A stretch of DNA of 64,000 nt from Octopus sinensis (GCF_006345805.1 NC_042998.1:147498001-147562000); one strand, 5' to 3'; counted from the stretch's first letter, positions 40,377 through 55,300 are shown. Made by a program: numbers and translations. The notes: generated by a model not told the origin, from the sequence alone.

Positions 40377-43300
40377 CAGCAGCAGTAGCAGCCCAACACT
40401 CTCACTTTAAAACTAACTGTATTGATTGAAGTCAGTTGGATTGACTTACCTACAGACTGAAGTTGGGTTCTTGCATAAAGAATGAAGTTATGTCTCTTAT
40501 GTACAGATTGAAGTAATCAGGGCATCTTACCTACAGACCTATGTCGGGTGACTTGCCTACAGATCAAAGTAAGTTGGGTATCTTGCCTACATACTGAGGT
40601 AAATTGGGTCTCTTACCTACATACTGAGGTAAATTGGGTCTCTTACCTGTAAATTGAATTAAGTTGGGTATCTTATTTATAGAATGAAATATGTTGGGTC
40701 TCTGACCTATAGACTGAAGTAAGTTGGGTACCTTATCTATAGACTGAAGTAAGTTAGGTGTCTTGTCAATGGAACCAACAAGAGTGAGTTACACATAATA
40801 ACTACTCAAATTAGTTACAAATGTGTAGTTTGACCTGGTCACTTTGTGATACACAAATATTCATGGCAACCCCATACTCTGAAATGTGGTAAAATCTATA
40901 ACAAATAATATTTAAAAAACAACAAAAACTCACCGAAATATTGCCCTTCATTTTCACGTCTCCACCTCTCAAAGAAAGAAGTGCAATATTTGGATGGTCA
41001 GCAGATGACAGCTGCAATGTGCATATAATGTTAGCATTCTTGCCAACAACAACACGTAGTCTGTTTAAGTGCTGCATCCAATCAGCTGGAAGTCTAAATA
41101 AAATAGAAGCCTCACACATTACAACAGTAAACAAGGCATGAGATTAATGCGATTAATCAATCATCATCTGTTTAACACCCACATTTCCAAGCTTGCATTT
41201 GTCAGATAAGGTTGACTGAGACAGACTTTCTACAACTCAATGTCCTTCCTGTCACCAACCCTCACCAACTTTTCCAAGTAAAGTAATGTTGGCAAGGCAG
41301 GTTTTTCAAAGAGGGGAAATGAAAAGACATCACTTGAATAATGCTGACAAATCAAATCACAAATCTCACACAATATCAAGACAAGGATACACAAACATTC
41401 ATATATGCTGTATATATATATTTACACTATGATATGAATATCTATTTAAATTTTACCACAGCTGTTGTCTTTGTGTTTCAGAGCAAAAGTAGATAACTCT
41501 GCTCATTCCACTTTGCCTGGCTGACTCAAAAGTAGATCACTCTTATTTGAGTGGTTAAGAAGGACATCCAGAGCAATGATAGAAATGGTGGGTATGCAGG
41601 GAACGAGGGATGACGGTGGTGAAATTTCCCTACTCTTCAGGTTATGGAGGTTGGGAGCTTATAGCATTTAGCCTCCCACCTTGTCCAATATCAGTATCAT
41701 GGGTCTTGCTGTGCCCCTTGTTCCCTGAAACCACATCCTATCATTGAGCCAGGTATGAAAACAAGTTCACCAATCCAATAAAATCATTCATGTCATTCAT
41801 CCATGCACGGAAAATGGATGTAAAAAAAAAACAGCAGACATCAGAATAACAGGGAAAGTACAGAGTTAGTTTAAATAATAACACAAGAGTACATAGGTTG
41901 TTTAACCTTCTAGAAATAACAGCCAAATTTCCCTCAAATCACATTATAACACGAAAATAACTTTACAAAGCCTGAATTGAAGGTAAATGATAAGAGATGG
42001 GGAAAAGGAAAAATAACGAAGAAATGAGTTAGAGATGTAAAAGGAGTTTATGATAAGAGAGAGGCAGAAGGAGGAAGAGAAGAACTAAAGGGAGAGGGAA
42101 TGTCTTCTTTAAGTCTTTATTCTTTTGTCTTTTATTATCAGACTGCAAGCATGCTGGAAAAATCACTGTCATGAAGCATTTAATTAGATAGATTCATCAA
42201 CATTTTAATGTCCTCTTTTCTATGTTGGACAGAGTTTATTGATGCTGACTTTCTATGGCTGGATGCCTTTGCTATCACCAACCCTCACCTGTTTCCAAGA
42301 AAGGTAATATTTTCCCATGGCTAGACATGTTTTCAGAGAACATTGAGAATGAATGATACTGCCTATATGACAGTGGCACTCATTTACGACTATAATGCAG
42401 AGAGAAGACAAAAAGACATAAACACACACACAAACAGGCTTCTCTCACTTTCCATCTACCAAATTCACTCACAAGGCTCCAGTTGTCTCAGAGCTGTGGT
42501 AAAAGACATTTGTCTAAAGTGCCACACAATGGGACTGAACACAAAACCATGTAGTTGGGAGAAAAACTTCTTAGCTACACAGCCACACCTGCATCAAGTA
42601 AAAAAGAAATAGAATATCTAACATCTGATGGCTAAACACACAGTAAACTATTTAAAATGTGAAAGTGAACAGACAGTAAATTGCTTGTAAAGTGTTTTAT
42701 ATATGCATACACATAGACACATACACACAAAACAAGGTGGAAAATATAGTACTGAAATACCAAAGGTAGAGTAATATACTTTTTATTAAAGCCAAAAAAA
42801 TCTTCATAAACTGTTACTTAGTTTCATGTTACCGTTCATCAGACAGTTGTGATCATACCAAAATAAAAAATGATATAATATGATATGATCATATATTACA
42901 TTACATGTACCATCACAATTTTTATTTTAGTATGATCACAACTATCAGTGTTCTCGTAAAACAGTTAAGTCAAATAAGCAAATACAATCATTCATCAACA
43001 GATGCTTGCGTAGTATACTTAAAATTAGATGGCCCGAACACATAAGTAATATGGAGCTATGGCAAAGAACAAATCAAGTTTCGATTAGGAAGCAAATATT
43101 TAAGAAAAAGTGGAAGTGGATTGGTAGCACAATTAGAAAAGAAACACCAAATGTAACGAAAAGTGCTTTACAGTGGAAACTGGATGGATATAGAAAGAAA
43201 GGTAGGCCTAAGAACTCGTGGCGTAGGTCAACACAAAAGGAACTAGAGAAAGGGAGACATTCATGGTAGAGTATAAGTACAGAAACCAAAAATTATACGA

Positions 43301-46300
43301 CATGGAATTCAACTATAAGCGGCCTATAATCAGCATTGGAGGGTTAAAGGCAGGAAAAAATAATGATCACAACTATCCAGCGAATGGTAACGTGAAACCT
43401 TGAGTAACAGTTTGTAAAGATTTTTTTCAGCTTTTATATATATGTTTTCTTTTATTCTTTTACTTGTTTCAGTCATTTGACTGCAGCCATGCTGGGGCAC
43501 CACCTTAAAGAGATTTTTAGTCAAAGAAATCGACCTCAGGACTTATTCTTTGTAAGCCTAATACTTATTCTATTGGTCTCTTTTCCCAAACTGCTAAGTT
43601 ACAGAGATGTAAGCACACCATCGATTGTCAAGCGATGGTGAGGGGACAAACACAGATACACACATACACACATATATGACTGGCTTCTTTCAGTTTCCGT
43701 CTACCAAATCCACTCACAAGACTTTGGTCAACCTGATGCTATAGTAGAAGACACTTGCCCAAGGTACCATACAGTGGAACTGAACCCAGAACCATATGGT
43801 TGGAGAAGCTTAAAAAGCAGCCAATGAAATTACAAAAATGAGGTGCAGGAGACTGTCTACACAATGTAGAGGGAAATGGGAATAAAGATGAGTTTTTAGG
43901 GCAATGAAGGGAAATCATGGTTAATAAGCAACTTTACCTGTTCTGAATATCATTGATCTGTTCCTTCAAACTGGAATAATAGTGCCATCGACTTATGATG
44001 TTCTTCACACAAGAGGGTAAATTCTGGAGTTTCTGAACATGTTCAATGCAATCAGTTATATAAACATCAGAATTGTTCACCTGTTGTGGCAAGAAGAAAT
44101 AAAATTAAAGACATTTAAAACAAAAATAACTAAATGAATTCATTGAACAGGTTATAATTTTCCAGTTTGTCAATCTTTAACTTCATCTTTAGTATTGCTT
44201 AGGTGGAGTACGAGAGCATGGGAGTCAGTTCACTCTGGGTAACACTTTTATGGTAGGACAGCAATTTTGGGTCTGCTGTATAAATTTGTATAACAGTGGG
44301 TTAGTAGGGGTCTCAAGAGCTGCTCCAGGTGCCATTTCAATTATGCCATTAACTTCATTATTAGATTATAAGTCATATTTACATACATTTAACCCATGCC
44401 AGCATGGATTAGATGAATGCATTCGTAAAGCATTGTTTTTCAGCCAGATGTCATTCCTGTTACTAACCTTTACTTATTTTTTAAGTAAAGGATCACCCAT
44501 TCTCCATGTCTTTGATAGTGCAAATCCAGCAGATGAGTTGTTGACTGGAGAAATTATGGCAACATTACTGATTGTAGCTCAGTGATGTTCAGAGAAATAA
44601 ATAAATAAGGTCATGCACACAGACATCATCATCATCATCCTTTAATGTTTGTTTTTCATGCTGCCATGGGTTGGACAGTTTGACCAGAGCTGGCCAGCCA
44701 GAGAGCTGCACCAAGTTCTAGTCTGATTTCACTTGCTTTCTACAGCTGGACACCCTTCCTAATGCCAACCACTTTACAATGTGTCTGGGTGCTTTCAATG
44801 AGGCACCAGCATGAATACTTTTACATGGCACCGACACAGGTGCTTTTTATGTGACACTGGCACAGGACACTTGCAGACCAATCCTCTTCATCAGGGGATG
44901 TGGTCTTAACACTTCTGCTGTGGAGGAGTACAGTAAGACACCAGGTATCTTGGTCCTTTGTCATCTTGTCTGAAAGGTTCACATACATCAAATACATTAT
45001 AAATTGTTCTATTGTAATATAGCTACCCAATATCTTATCTGAAACCTTTGGGATTAAGTATGTTTTGGAATCCAGAATTTTTCAGATTTTGGAAATGATA
45101 AATACATGATATTCATTTGGTATATTCTTGGTTATAAATCATGACTCCAAGGAATAAGCTTACATCCAGCCTACCACCAACTTTGAAAGTAAAATTTTGA
45201 TTTGTATATTTCTTGACTGCAGGCTGGACTTAAGTTTTGAGTCCATAGAAATACTGTTACTGAATATTGATAGACCTGGCCTAGTAGCAGAGCAATTTTG
45301 AGGAAAATAGCTTTTATTCCTGTCTTTCTTTACTTTACTTGTATCTTTCATCTTTTACTTGTTTCAGTCATTAGACTGCAGCCATGCTGCGGCACTGCCT
45401 TGAAGAATTTTTAGTTGAATGAATCAACCTCAATACTTATTTTTTTTAAAGCTTGGCACTTATTCCATCGTCCCCATTTGCTGAAGCACTAAGTTACAGA
45501 GACATAAACACACCAACACCAGCTGTCAAGTAGTGGTGGAGAACAAAAACACATACACATAATATAACAGGCTTCTTTCAGTTTCTGTCTACTAAGTCCA
45601 CTCACAAAGCTTTGGTCAGCCTAAAGCAACAGTAGAAGACACTTAGCCAAGGTGCCACACAGTGGGACTGAACCATGTGGTTGAGAAGCAAGCTTCTTAC
45701 CAGACAGACACACCTGCACCTATATGTCAAGCAACAACTTATAAGCCTTTCTTTTAACCTTTTCTGATGAGTTGTTGTGCACCTGACCACTATTATACAA
45801 TAAGTTCATTATTATTACATCAGTGGCTACCTAAGAATAATGTAAAAATACAGATTAAACAAAACACCTACATACCAAACACCTAAGAAAGTTATGTAAA
45901 CACACTCTAGTGAAAGTAATTCACCTTATTGTTCATTTCAATTGTGAATAAATACTTTAAATAATATAGTTTATTTATATAATAATAAACTGGTAAATGA
46001 AGTGAGATAAAGATAGATTATAAAATTACTAGCGTAATGTCTAAGTTTGTTTAATGGCAAACATGATTTTTGGAGTGCAGATGACTTCCATTCGGAATTT
46101 TGGATAAGAGATTGTGTACCTGAATTTTTTAACAACAAGAGATTTACCTGAACGTCTGACACCAGCATGTTACCACTGTTTGATTGTTTGAAGAAGAAAG
46201 TAACAAGGAGAGATGTACCACCATCCTGAGGTGCTTTCAGTTCAATTTGAACAGAATTCTTGTCATATTTTTTTAAACTGACACCTGTGAATGATTCATA

Positions 46301-49300
46301 CACCTGATACAGCTGTTGACTTCTGTGTAAAGATGGAGCAAGTGGAAAGTATTAAGTCAGAGACAGTAAGGCAAAAATTACAATGGAGACAGTGTGATGT
46401 ATAAAGTAAACATGACAAAGGTGAATGAAAAATATATCAAAAGAAGAAGGTTTTATGACCAAAATTTTGTTTGCTTCAGAGATAAAATCCAATAGCATTA
46501 GCTTTGAAATATAATTGTTTTTAAATCAAGCACAGCCAGAAATGTAGAGGAAAGAGCAAGGTGATTATATCAATTCCAATAGTTGACTGGTACATTATCA
46601 ACCTCAGAAGAGTGGAAGGCAAACTTAACCTCAGCAGGATTTGAACTCAGTTCACTGATAACCAGAATTAATATGCAAGGTTGTCTATCTGATACTCTGT
46701 GCCAAATCACCAAAACACTTTTGTTAACATATTCCTGTTAAGGTACATTCTGTTTGTTTTGGTTATGTGAAAATAATGAAGACTTTATGCAGATAATTTT
46801 TTATGCCAATCTGCCTGAGACTGCCCTTGGTTCTGATACGAACGTCTTGTTAAAGTGATCTCAAATAAAACCTTCCACAAAATTTCACATTAATATCTTA
46901 AACCCCAGATTAATAATGAAAGTGTTTTACTAAATTCTTCATTATTATCAAAATTAATTGAAATAAAAAAAAGTTTATGTTAACATAAATATGGCAACAA
47001 AAGGGTTAAGCTGGTGTTTGGCACATGAAATTTTGATAGGAGGTTTTAATTTAGATCACTTTAAAAACAGGAACTTTGCAACAGGGAACTAGAGTTGGCC
47101 TTAGACAGGTTTGTATCAAAAACAATAAAGTTACATCTAGACAAGGATACAATTCTGAAAAGTCTTAAAAAGAAAAGGAAAAAAAAAACGATACGTATAA
47201 GGCTCTGGATTAGTAAATTCCGAAAAATATTTAAAAATAAGCAAAATATATTTCTAAGAAGAATTTTGGAAAGATAAAGTTAAAATTTAAACCTACAAAT
47301 TTAATTGCTTTTCCAATTTTTGATTCTGCGTTTGATATAGGTTTTCTTTCTGTGATAAAGTTTCTGAAAGTTGTTCACAGGATCCCTTCATATCTTCCAG
47401 TTTTATCTGGAGTTTACTCAAATTTTCCTTGCCATTCTGGCATGCCGTTTTGGCCATCTCAATCTTGGAGAGCTGAACAACAACAATAAACAAAAACAGA
47501 GATACACAACAAAAGCCAAACAATTCTTCAGATGATACTAAATATTTGCTCTAATGAGAATGCCTTTGGGAGACTAGGGGTGGCCCACAATAACTCTGCC
47601 AGTGCAAGGCCCTAGAAAAAAAATACACACGTACACACACATGTAGACACATAGTTGTAAAACAAAGTGGAAGAAAAAACACTTGACTATCAAAGGGTGG
47701 ATTAAATAAAGTCTTACTGAAGCTGAAACTCTTCACAAACTGTTACTCAGAGTTTCATACAACTGATCAGCCAACTTTAATGCCACTTCCCCATGTTTGT
47801 AGCTAGATGCCCTTCTTGTTTCCACATAAGACAGCCAGTCATGTTTCCACAAAATATTGGAAATGAACGGCACTGCTTCTATAACAGTGACATTCATTTT
47901 CAACTATCATGCAAAGCCAAGACATGAAGGCATAAACATACACACACATATATACATACACACATATACATATACAACAGGATCTTTTCAATTTCGATCT
48001 ACCAAATCCACTCACAAGGCTTTGGTCAGCCAAGGGCTATAGTAGAATGCACTTGTCCAAGGTGCCTGAACCCAAAACCATGTGTTTGGGAAGAAAACTT
48101 AATCTTCAAAGCCATGCCTATGCCTCACATCTCTCTCATTCATATTTTTTTGTTTCAGTCATTTGACTGTGGCCACGCTGGAGCCCTATCTTGATATATA
48201 TATATATATAAAACATCCATTTTCCATGCTGGCATAGGTTTGATAGTTTGACAGGAGCTGGCAAGTCAAAAGACTATGCCAAGTTCTACTGTCTGCTTTG
48301 GCATGGTTTTTACAGCGGGATGGCTTTCCTAATGCCAATCACTTTATAGAGTGTGTATTGGGTGCTTTTAACATGGAGTGGAAGCACTCCGTCGGTTATG
48401 ACAACAAGGTTTCCGGTTGATCCGAATCAACGGAACAGCCTGCTCATGAAATTAACGTGTAAGTGGCTGAGCACTCCACAGACACATGTACCTATTCCTT
48501 TATTACCCACAAGGGGCTAAACATAGATGGGACAAACATAAACAGACATAGGTATTAAGTCGATTATATCGACCCCGAAAGGATGAAAGGCAAAGTCGAC
48601 CTCGGCGGAATTTGAACTCACAACGTAACGGCAGCCGAAATACCGCTAAGCATTTCGCCCGATGTGCTAACGATTCTGCTAGCTCACCGCACATGTACCC
48701 TTAACGTAGTTCTTGGGGATATTCAGCGTGACACAGAGAGTGACAAGGCCAGCCCTTTGAAATACAGGTACAACAGAAACAGGAAGTAAGAGTGAGAGAA
48801 AGTTGTGGTGAAAGAATACAGCAGGGATCACCACCATCCCCTGCCGAAGCCTCATGGAGCTTTTAGGTGTTTTCGCTCAATAAACACTCACAACACCCGG
48901 TCTGGGAATCGAAATCGCGATCCTATGATCGCGAGTCCGCTGCCCTAACCACTGGGCCATTGCGCCTCCACACATTTTACATAACACTAGCAGCATTGAG
49001 GTCACCAAATGATTTACAAGACAAGACCCCTCAATTGAGGGAGTAGCATTAAGGAAAGTGGCTTTGTGCCAGAGGAGGGTAGTGTGAGCAGAAGGCTAGA
49101 TATATAACTAATTTTACAATTTTTCCAAATGTATACATACCAAATCCTCATGGAGATAGAAATCACTGACAGGAAGATGTTGTTCAAAGATTTCTTGAAT
49201 TTTATCAACTTTTTCTCGTTTCAACTTGCTGTACTGCTGAGACTAGGAGAGAAGAAAATATGAAACAACATTATAACTGTGGTAAATATGGTTTCAAATT

Positions 49301-52300
49301 TTTGCACAAGGCCAGTGATTTCGGAGGGAGGAAGTAAGTTGATTACACCAACCTTCAACCTCAGTGTTCAACTGGTACTTTATCGACTCTGAAAGAATGA
49401 AATGCAAAATAGACTTTGGTGGAATTTGAATGACAGATAGCATACAATAAAAGTAACGGTAACAACAATAATCCTTTCTACGATAGGCATAAGGCTTGAA
49501 ATTCTGGGTTGGAGGAAGGCTAGACGATTGCATTGACCTCAGTGTTCAGCTGGTACATATTTCAGCAATCCCCGAATGGATGAAAAGCAAAGTTGATCTC
49601 AAATTGTAATAACAAGAATGGTTTTCCAACATACAGATGAGGGCAGAAACGTGGTGTGGATGGGAGGGAGAACAATGAATTAAATTAACCCGAGTACTTA
49701 GTGCTTATTGTATTGACTTTTCAACGGTGAAAAGTAATGTAGACATTGTTGATAGCATTTAAGTTCAGAACGTAAAGAGGCATCTAAATAACACGAAGAA
49801 TTTTGTGTGGTTGTTTCTCATTGCCTTTAAAAGTAATTAAAGCAAAAGAAAAAGCTTGAAAGAATTAAGAAAAATAACTCTGTGAATATTTATTCTGAAT
49901 TACCTCCCCTGAAGTTTTTTTTTTTTACTTTCGTTCCTAAAGATAATTTGTGAAGGGAACCTACTTCTCATCGACAACTGTGATTGTCACACGCCGATGA
50001 CGGATCAATACTCAGAAACTCGAGTCCGTTTGTATCATAAGTTGAAGACGGGAAGGATGGCTTCCCTTTGTAAATACTGATAGGGCACAGAAAGTGTGTC
50101 TATAGCCAGCTGGAGGAGGTGTCCTCCTGGGGCTACAAACTAAAATAGCATCCACCCTTAGGGGTTAGCCATATTTAAATGGCAAATTATACGTCACGAT
50201 GTGTTGTAGCTACTGTTTATAACTCGCTCTGAGATTTAATATCATCATCATCATCGTTTAACGTCCGCTTTCCGCGCTAGCACGGGTTGGACGGTTCGAC
50301 CGGGTCTGGGAAGCCAGGGGCCGCTCCAGGCTCCAGTCTGAATCTGGCAGAGTTTCTACGGCTGGATGCCCTTCCTAACGCTAACCACTCCGTGAGTGGA
50401 TTGGGTGCTTTTTACGTGCCACCTGCACAGGGGCCGGAGGGTCCGGCATCGTCACGATCGGTTCGAGCATTTTAACGTGTCAGCGGCACGGGGGCAACGA
50501 GGTCCGGGGTACTTTGGGGATCGGGGTACTTTGGGGATCCAGGGTACTTTGGGGATCCGGGGTACTTAGAATGGGTAGGGGGTATGTGGAATTGCTGCAG
50601 AAAGCAGCCCGGGTCTTTGTAGTCACAGCATATCTCCAGAGATCTCGGTCCTTCGCCATTGCCTCAGTGAGGCCCAATGCTCTGAGGTCATGCTTGACCA
50701 CCTCATCCCATGTCTTCCTGGGTCTACCTCTCCCCCTGATACCTTCAACTGTTTGGGAGTGGCACTTCTTCACACATCTCTCTTCATCCATCCGCAGCAC
50801 ATGACCATACCATCGCAAGCGTCGCTCTTGCACACCACATCTGATGCTTCTTATATCCAGCATTTCTCTCAGGATACTTACACTCTGTTTTGCGTGCACA
50901 CTGACACTACACATCCAGCGGATCATGCTAGCTTCATTTCTTTCAAGTCTACGCATGTCTTCTGCAGTCACAGCCCATGTTTCATTACCGTGAAGCATGG
51001 CAGTTCGCACACATGCATCATACAATCTACCTTTTGCTCTGAGGGAGAGACCTTTTGTTGCCAGTAGGGGTAGGAGCTTTCTGAACTTTGCCCAGGCTAT
51101 ATATATATATATATATATATACAAACTGGGACAAGAACGCAAAACATTTAGAAGACGATACAAAAAACACAGACGGGTCATTCGAAGCCTTCAATCTTCA
51201 GTCAAGAACTGGATCATCCTCGCAATTTCAGCTGACTAATTTTGAGATTGCTCCAATCTGGCCAGCCCCAAGGAAAAACTAAGCTAAGCGCATTGTACCC
51301 TCTCTCTTATATGTAAGTACACATTTATATATATACATATATACATACATATATACAGTGATGAGTTTTTGTGTTTATCAAAAATAGTTTACTTTAACAT
51401 TAAGAAATAATTTCACTTCAAAAAAGAGAGTACAGTCCTTTGGAAGTTTGTCTCTAGAAAAGCAGGGAAAAGATATAAATTAAAATATCTAAATATTTGC
51501 AGTAAAATTTAGGAAACCTCCAGAAACTGGCTGTGTGGGAAGAAGCTTGCTTCTCAACCACATGGTTCTGGGTTCAGTCACACTGCGTGACACCTTGGTT
51601 AAGTGTCTGCTATTATAGCCTTGGGCTGACCAAATCCTTGTCAGTGGATTTGGTAGACGAAAACTGAAAGAAGCCTGTCGTATGTGTGTGTGTTTGTCCC
51701 CCCACCATCACTTGATAACCAATGTTGGTGTGTTTACGTCCCCGTAACTTAGTGGTTCAGCAACAGACACTGATACAATAAGTACTAGGCTTACAAAGAA
51801 TAAGTGCTGGGATCGATTTGCTCACCTAAAGCCAGTGCTCCAACATAGCCACAGTCAAATGACTGAAACAAGTAAAAGAGTAAAATCTCAAATGTACAGT
51901 TACAAAAAGATGTGCTAAGTATTTGGATTGATGAAGGATGGGAATTTCATTACTTACAATGGATGGATAGGTGTCCTCACCTTGTTGTTACCACAGACAA
52001 GGTGAGGACACTTATCTGTTCATTTTAAATAATGTACATAATTCCTCATCTCAAAAATGTAGAATAGTAATGCGAGTTTCATTTTTACAATAAGGAACGC
52101 TCTGGTTCTGTTTCACAGCTGGCAGAATCACTAGTGCATTGGACAAAATGCTAGATAACATATCACCGGCTCTTTACGTTCTAAGTTCAAATCTTACTGA
52201 GGTCAACTGTGCCTTTCATTCTTTTAGGGTCAATAAAATAAAGTACCAGTCAAGTACTAGGGTTGTACTAAAATTGCTGGCCTCATGCCAAAATTTGAAC

Positions 52301-55300
52301 CAATTATTATTATTGTTGTTGTTGTTGTTATTAGTGAACAAGTTAGTCAATTAACCAATCATCAGCAAAATGCTCTCCACCAACAATACATCTCTTTCAA
52401 TATGATGTGCTTTATAAGAATCTTGAAAAACAACTGAAAAAAAAAACCCCAACTCACTCTCCATATCCAGTAGATTGAATTTGTAGGTCAACAAAGTTCT
52501 AGGGAAAAATTCACTGTTACCCACCAGGGAAAAAACTGAAATATATTTATAAGTGGACATCTTACCATAGCTTTCACTGCAGTCACTTTGTCTGCAAGAA
52601 TTCTTATTTTTTCCTGAAGGTTGGCAAATCCTGAAAGAAAGGAGAAAAAAAAACACAAGGAAAAAAAATGTATGTGTGTATGTGTATTACTGTTATCATC
52701 ATTATCATTTTAAGCATCCACTTTTCCATGCTTCTATAGGTTATACAGAGTTTAGTGAGGCAGATTTTCTATGGGCAGATGCCCTTCCTATTGCCAGCCT
52801 CCATCTACTTCCAAGCAACGTAATATTTCCCCATGGCCAGACATGCTTACACAGAAGATTGGAAATGAATGACTCCACTTATATGACAGTGACACTCATT
52901 TACAACTATAATGTAAATGTCAAGGTAAAAAACACACACACAGAAGCTTCTTGGTCAGTCCAAGGCTTTAGCAGAAGAAATTTTCCAAAGGCGTCAAGTA
53001 GAAGGACTGAACCAGAAACAATGTAGTTGGGAAGCAAACATCTCAATCATGCACCCATTCCTGTGCCTATATATATCATCATCATTTAATGTCTATTTTC
53101 CATTTTTCTATATATAGGCTCAGGTGTGGCTGAGTTTGCTTCCCATCCACATGGTTCCAAGTTCAGTCTCACTGCATAGCACTATTATAGCCTCAGGCCA
53201 ACCAAAGCCTTGTGAGTAGATTTGGTAGACAGAAACTGAAAAAGAAGCTCATTATATATATCATCAACATCATCATCATTTAACGTTCATTTTCCATGCT
53301 AGCATGGGTTGGACGGTTCGACCGGGGTCTGGTAAGCCATGGATGCTGCACCAGGCTCTAGTCTGATTAGGCAGTGTTTCTATAGCTGGATGCCCTTCCT
53401 AACGCCAATTACTCTGTGAGTGTAGTGGGTGTTTTTTTATGTGCCACCGGCACAGGGGCCAGAGCAGGCTGGCAAACAGCCATGTAATTGGGAAATAGAT
53501 TTCTCAAGTATACAACTATGTATATATATATATATGTGTGTATATATATATATATATATACACACATACACACAGAGTGCGATGGGTAAATTGTCGTCAT
53601 TTTATTTTAAAAATTTTGTGCATGATTTGGTTTTGATTTTGTCAACTACATAGTATAATAGGGTCAGTTGGGCACCATCTGTAAGAAAAACAGCACCATG
53701 ATGCTATTCACTCTGCTAGAAATTTGGAAGCAACATGCTGTATTGCTTGGCATTCATGCTGAAAGCTCCAGTACGAGCATTTCAGAGTGTTTTGATGTCA
53801 ATATGGGGACATGTACAAGACTGGTGGGAATGAGGGAGGAAGGGATCCTGAAACTGGACACCCAGACTAAATGCTTGCAACAGAGGGGACTCAACAAAAG
53901 GCACTAGAATATGGTGTTAAACAAGATGATAGGTTAAGTCTATCAACCAAGTAGTCCAAGGTGGGATTTGAACTTAGAATGCTGAGAACCAGAACAGATA
54001 CCACTAAATATCTGAAGTGACATTGAGGCAGATTTTCTGTGGCTAGATGCCTTTCCTGTCACTAAACCTCACCTGTTTCTAAGCAAGGTACTATTTTCCT
54101 CTTGGTGGGAAACATTTAATGGAAGACCAGAAATGAATGACACCTGTTGTATGATGGTGGCACTTGCTTAGAACAATCACACAATAAGCTTCTTTCAGTT
54201 TCCATCTATGAGATCTGCTTGGTCAGCCTTGAACAGAAGCCATTATCTGCTGCACAGTGGGACTGAACTTGAAATCACATGATAAAGAAAAGAAGTTTCT
54301 TAACCACAAAGATGCTTTTATATTTTAGAATTCTTGGTTGGTCCATGGTGGAAAGTAATCCTGACCTTTTTAAAACCCTCCCTGTCCCACCTTCTGCAAA
54401 GTAAGATAGCAACATTGCAGAATCATTAATTAGAGAGTTAGATGAAAGGTTTGGCAGTATTTGTTTTAGATCTCTGTAGTCTGAAATTCAAATCCTACCA
54501 TGGGCAACTTTACCTTTTATCATTTCAGGGACCAATAAATAAAATAAAATAAAGCACTGGTCCAAGCCATAGATTAGCAGATCCAAAGTGTCAAACAAAA
54601 GAGCTTTCTGGTGTATGTTCAGGGATTAGATGATTAAATTGACCCCAGTATAAAACTGGTACTGTATTTTATCAACTCCGAAACAACGAAAGGCAAAACT
54701 GATCTTGGGAGGATTTCAATTCAAAACAAAATGACCAAGAAGAAATACCACAGGGCATTTTTTTATTTCCGATTTGTAAAGATTCTTAGAAAAAAAAAAA
54801 TTTTTTTTCAATGTTGTAATGACTCTTAAAGTGGCAAGCTGAGCAAAATGCTCAGTGGCATTTCATCCATCTTAACGTTCTGAGTTCAAACTCTGTTGAG
54901 GTTGACTTTACCTTTCATCCTTTCAGGGTCGATAAACTAAGTATCAGTTGATGTAATTGACTTACCTCCTCCCCCGAAAATACTGGCCTTGTGCCAAAAT
55001 TTAAAACCGATGATGTACTGATTCTGCCAACCCACCACCCTAGAAGTAGTAACAGTAGCAGTAGTAGTAGTGATAGTAGCAGTAGTAGTATTGCAATAAT
55101 ACATGAAGAGAGATAGTGACTGAGAAAGTGAAAGATGAGACAGAGAGAGAGTAAGAGGAAGAGAGAGAGAAAGAAAGATGAAAATGAGAGTACTAGAAAA
55201 GAAGAAAGAGAAAGAATGAGGAAATGATTGGCCAATAAACATTAAAGGATATTAATTAAAGGTGTGAAATGAAAGAGTTGCCAATCTGGTAAAAATGTAT

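Noticed and set aside
40420-40770. CRISPR-like appearance of the 30 bp periodic array
   Set aside because: Contiguous degenerate tandem units without unique spacers, in a eukaryotic intron, with no cas genes
45160-45351. Minus ORF with splice-like sites between exons 10 and 11
   Set aside because: Exons 10 and 11 join in phase without it; acceptor is ambiguous; partly SINE
52351-52436. Strong acceptor ttttttttcag 24 nt after the exon-6 donor
   Set aside because: A 24 nt intron is too short, and direct use from exon 5 gives a premature stop; not modelled
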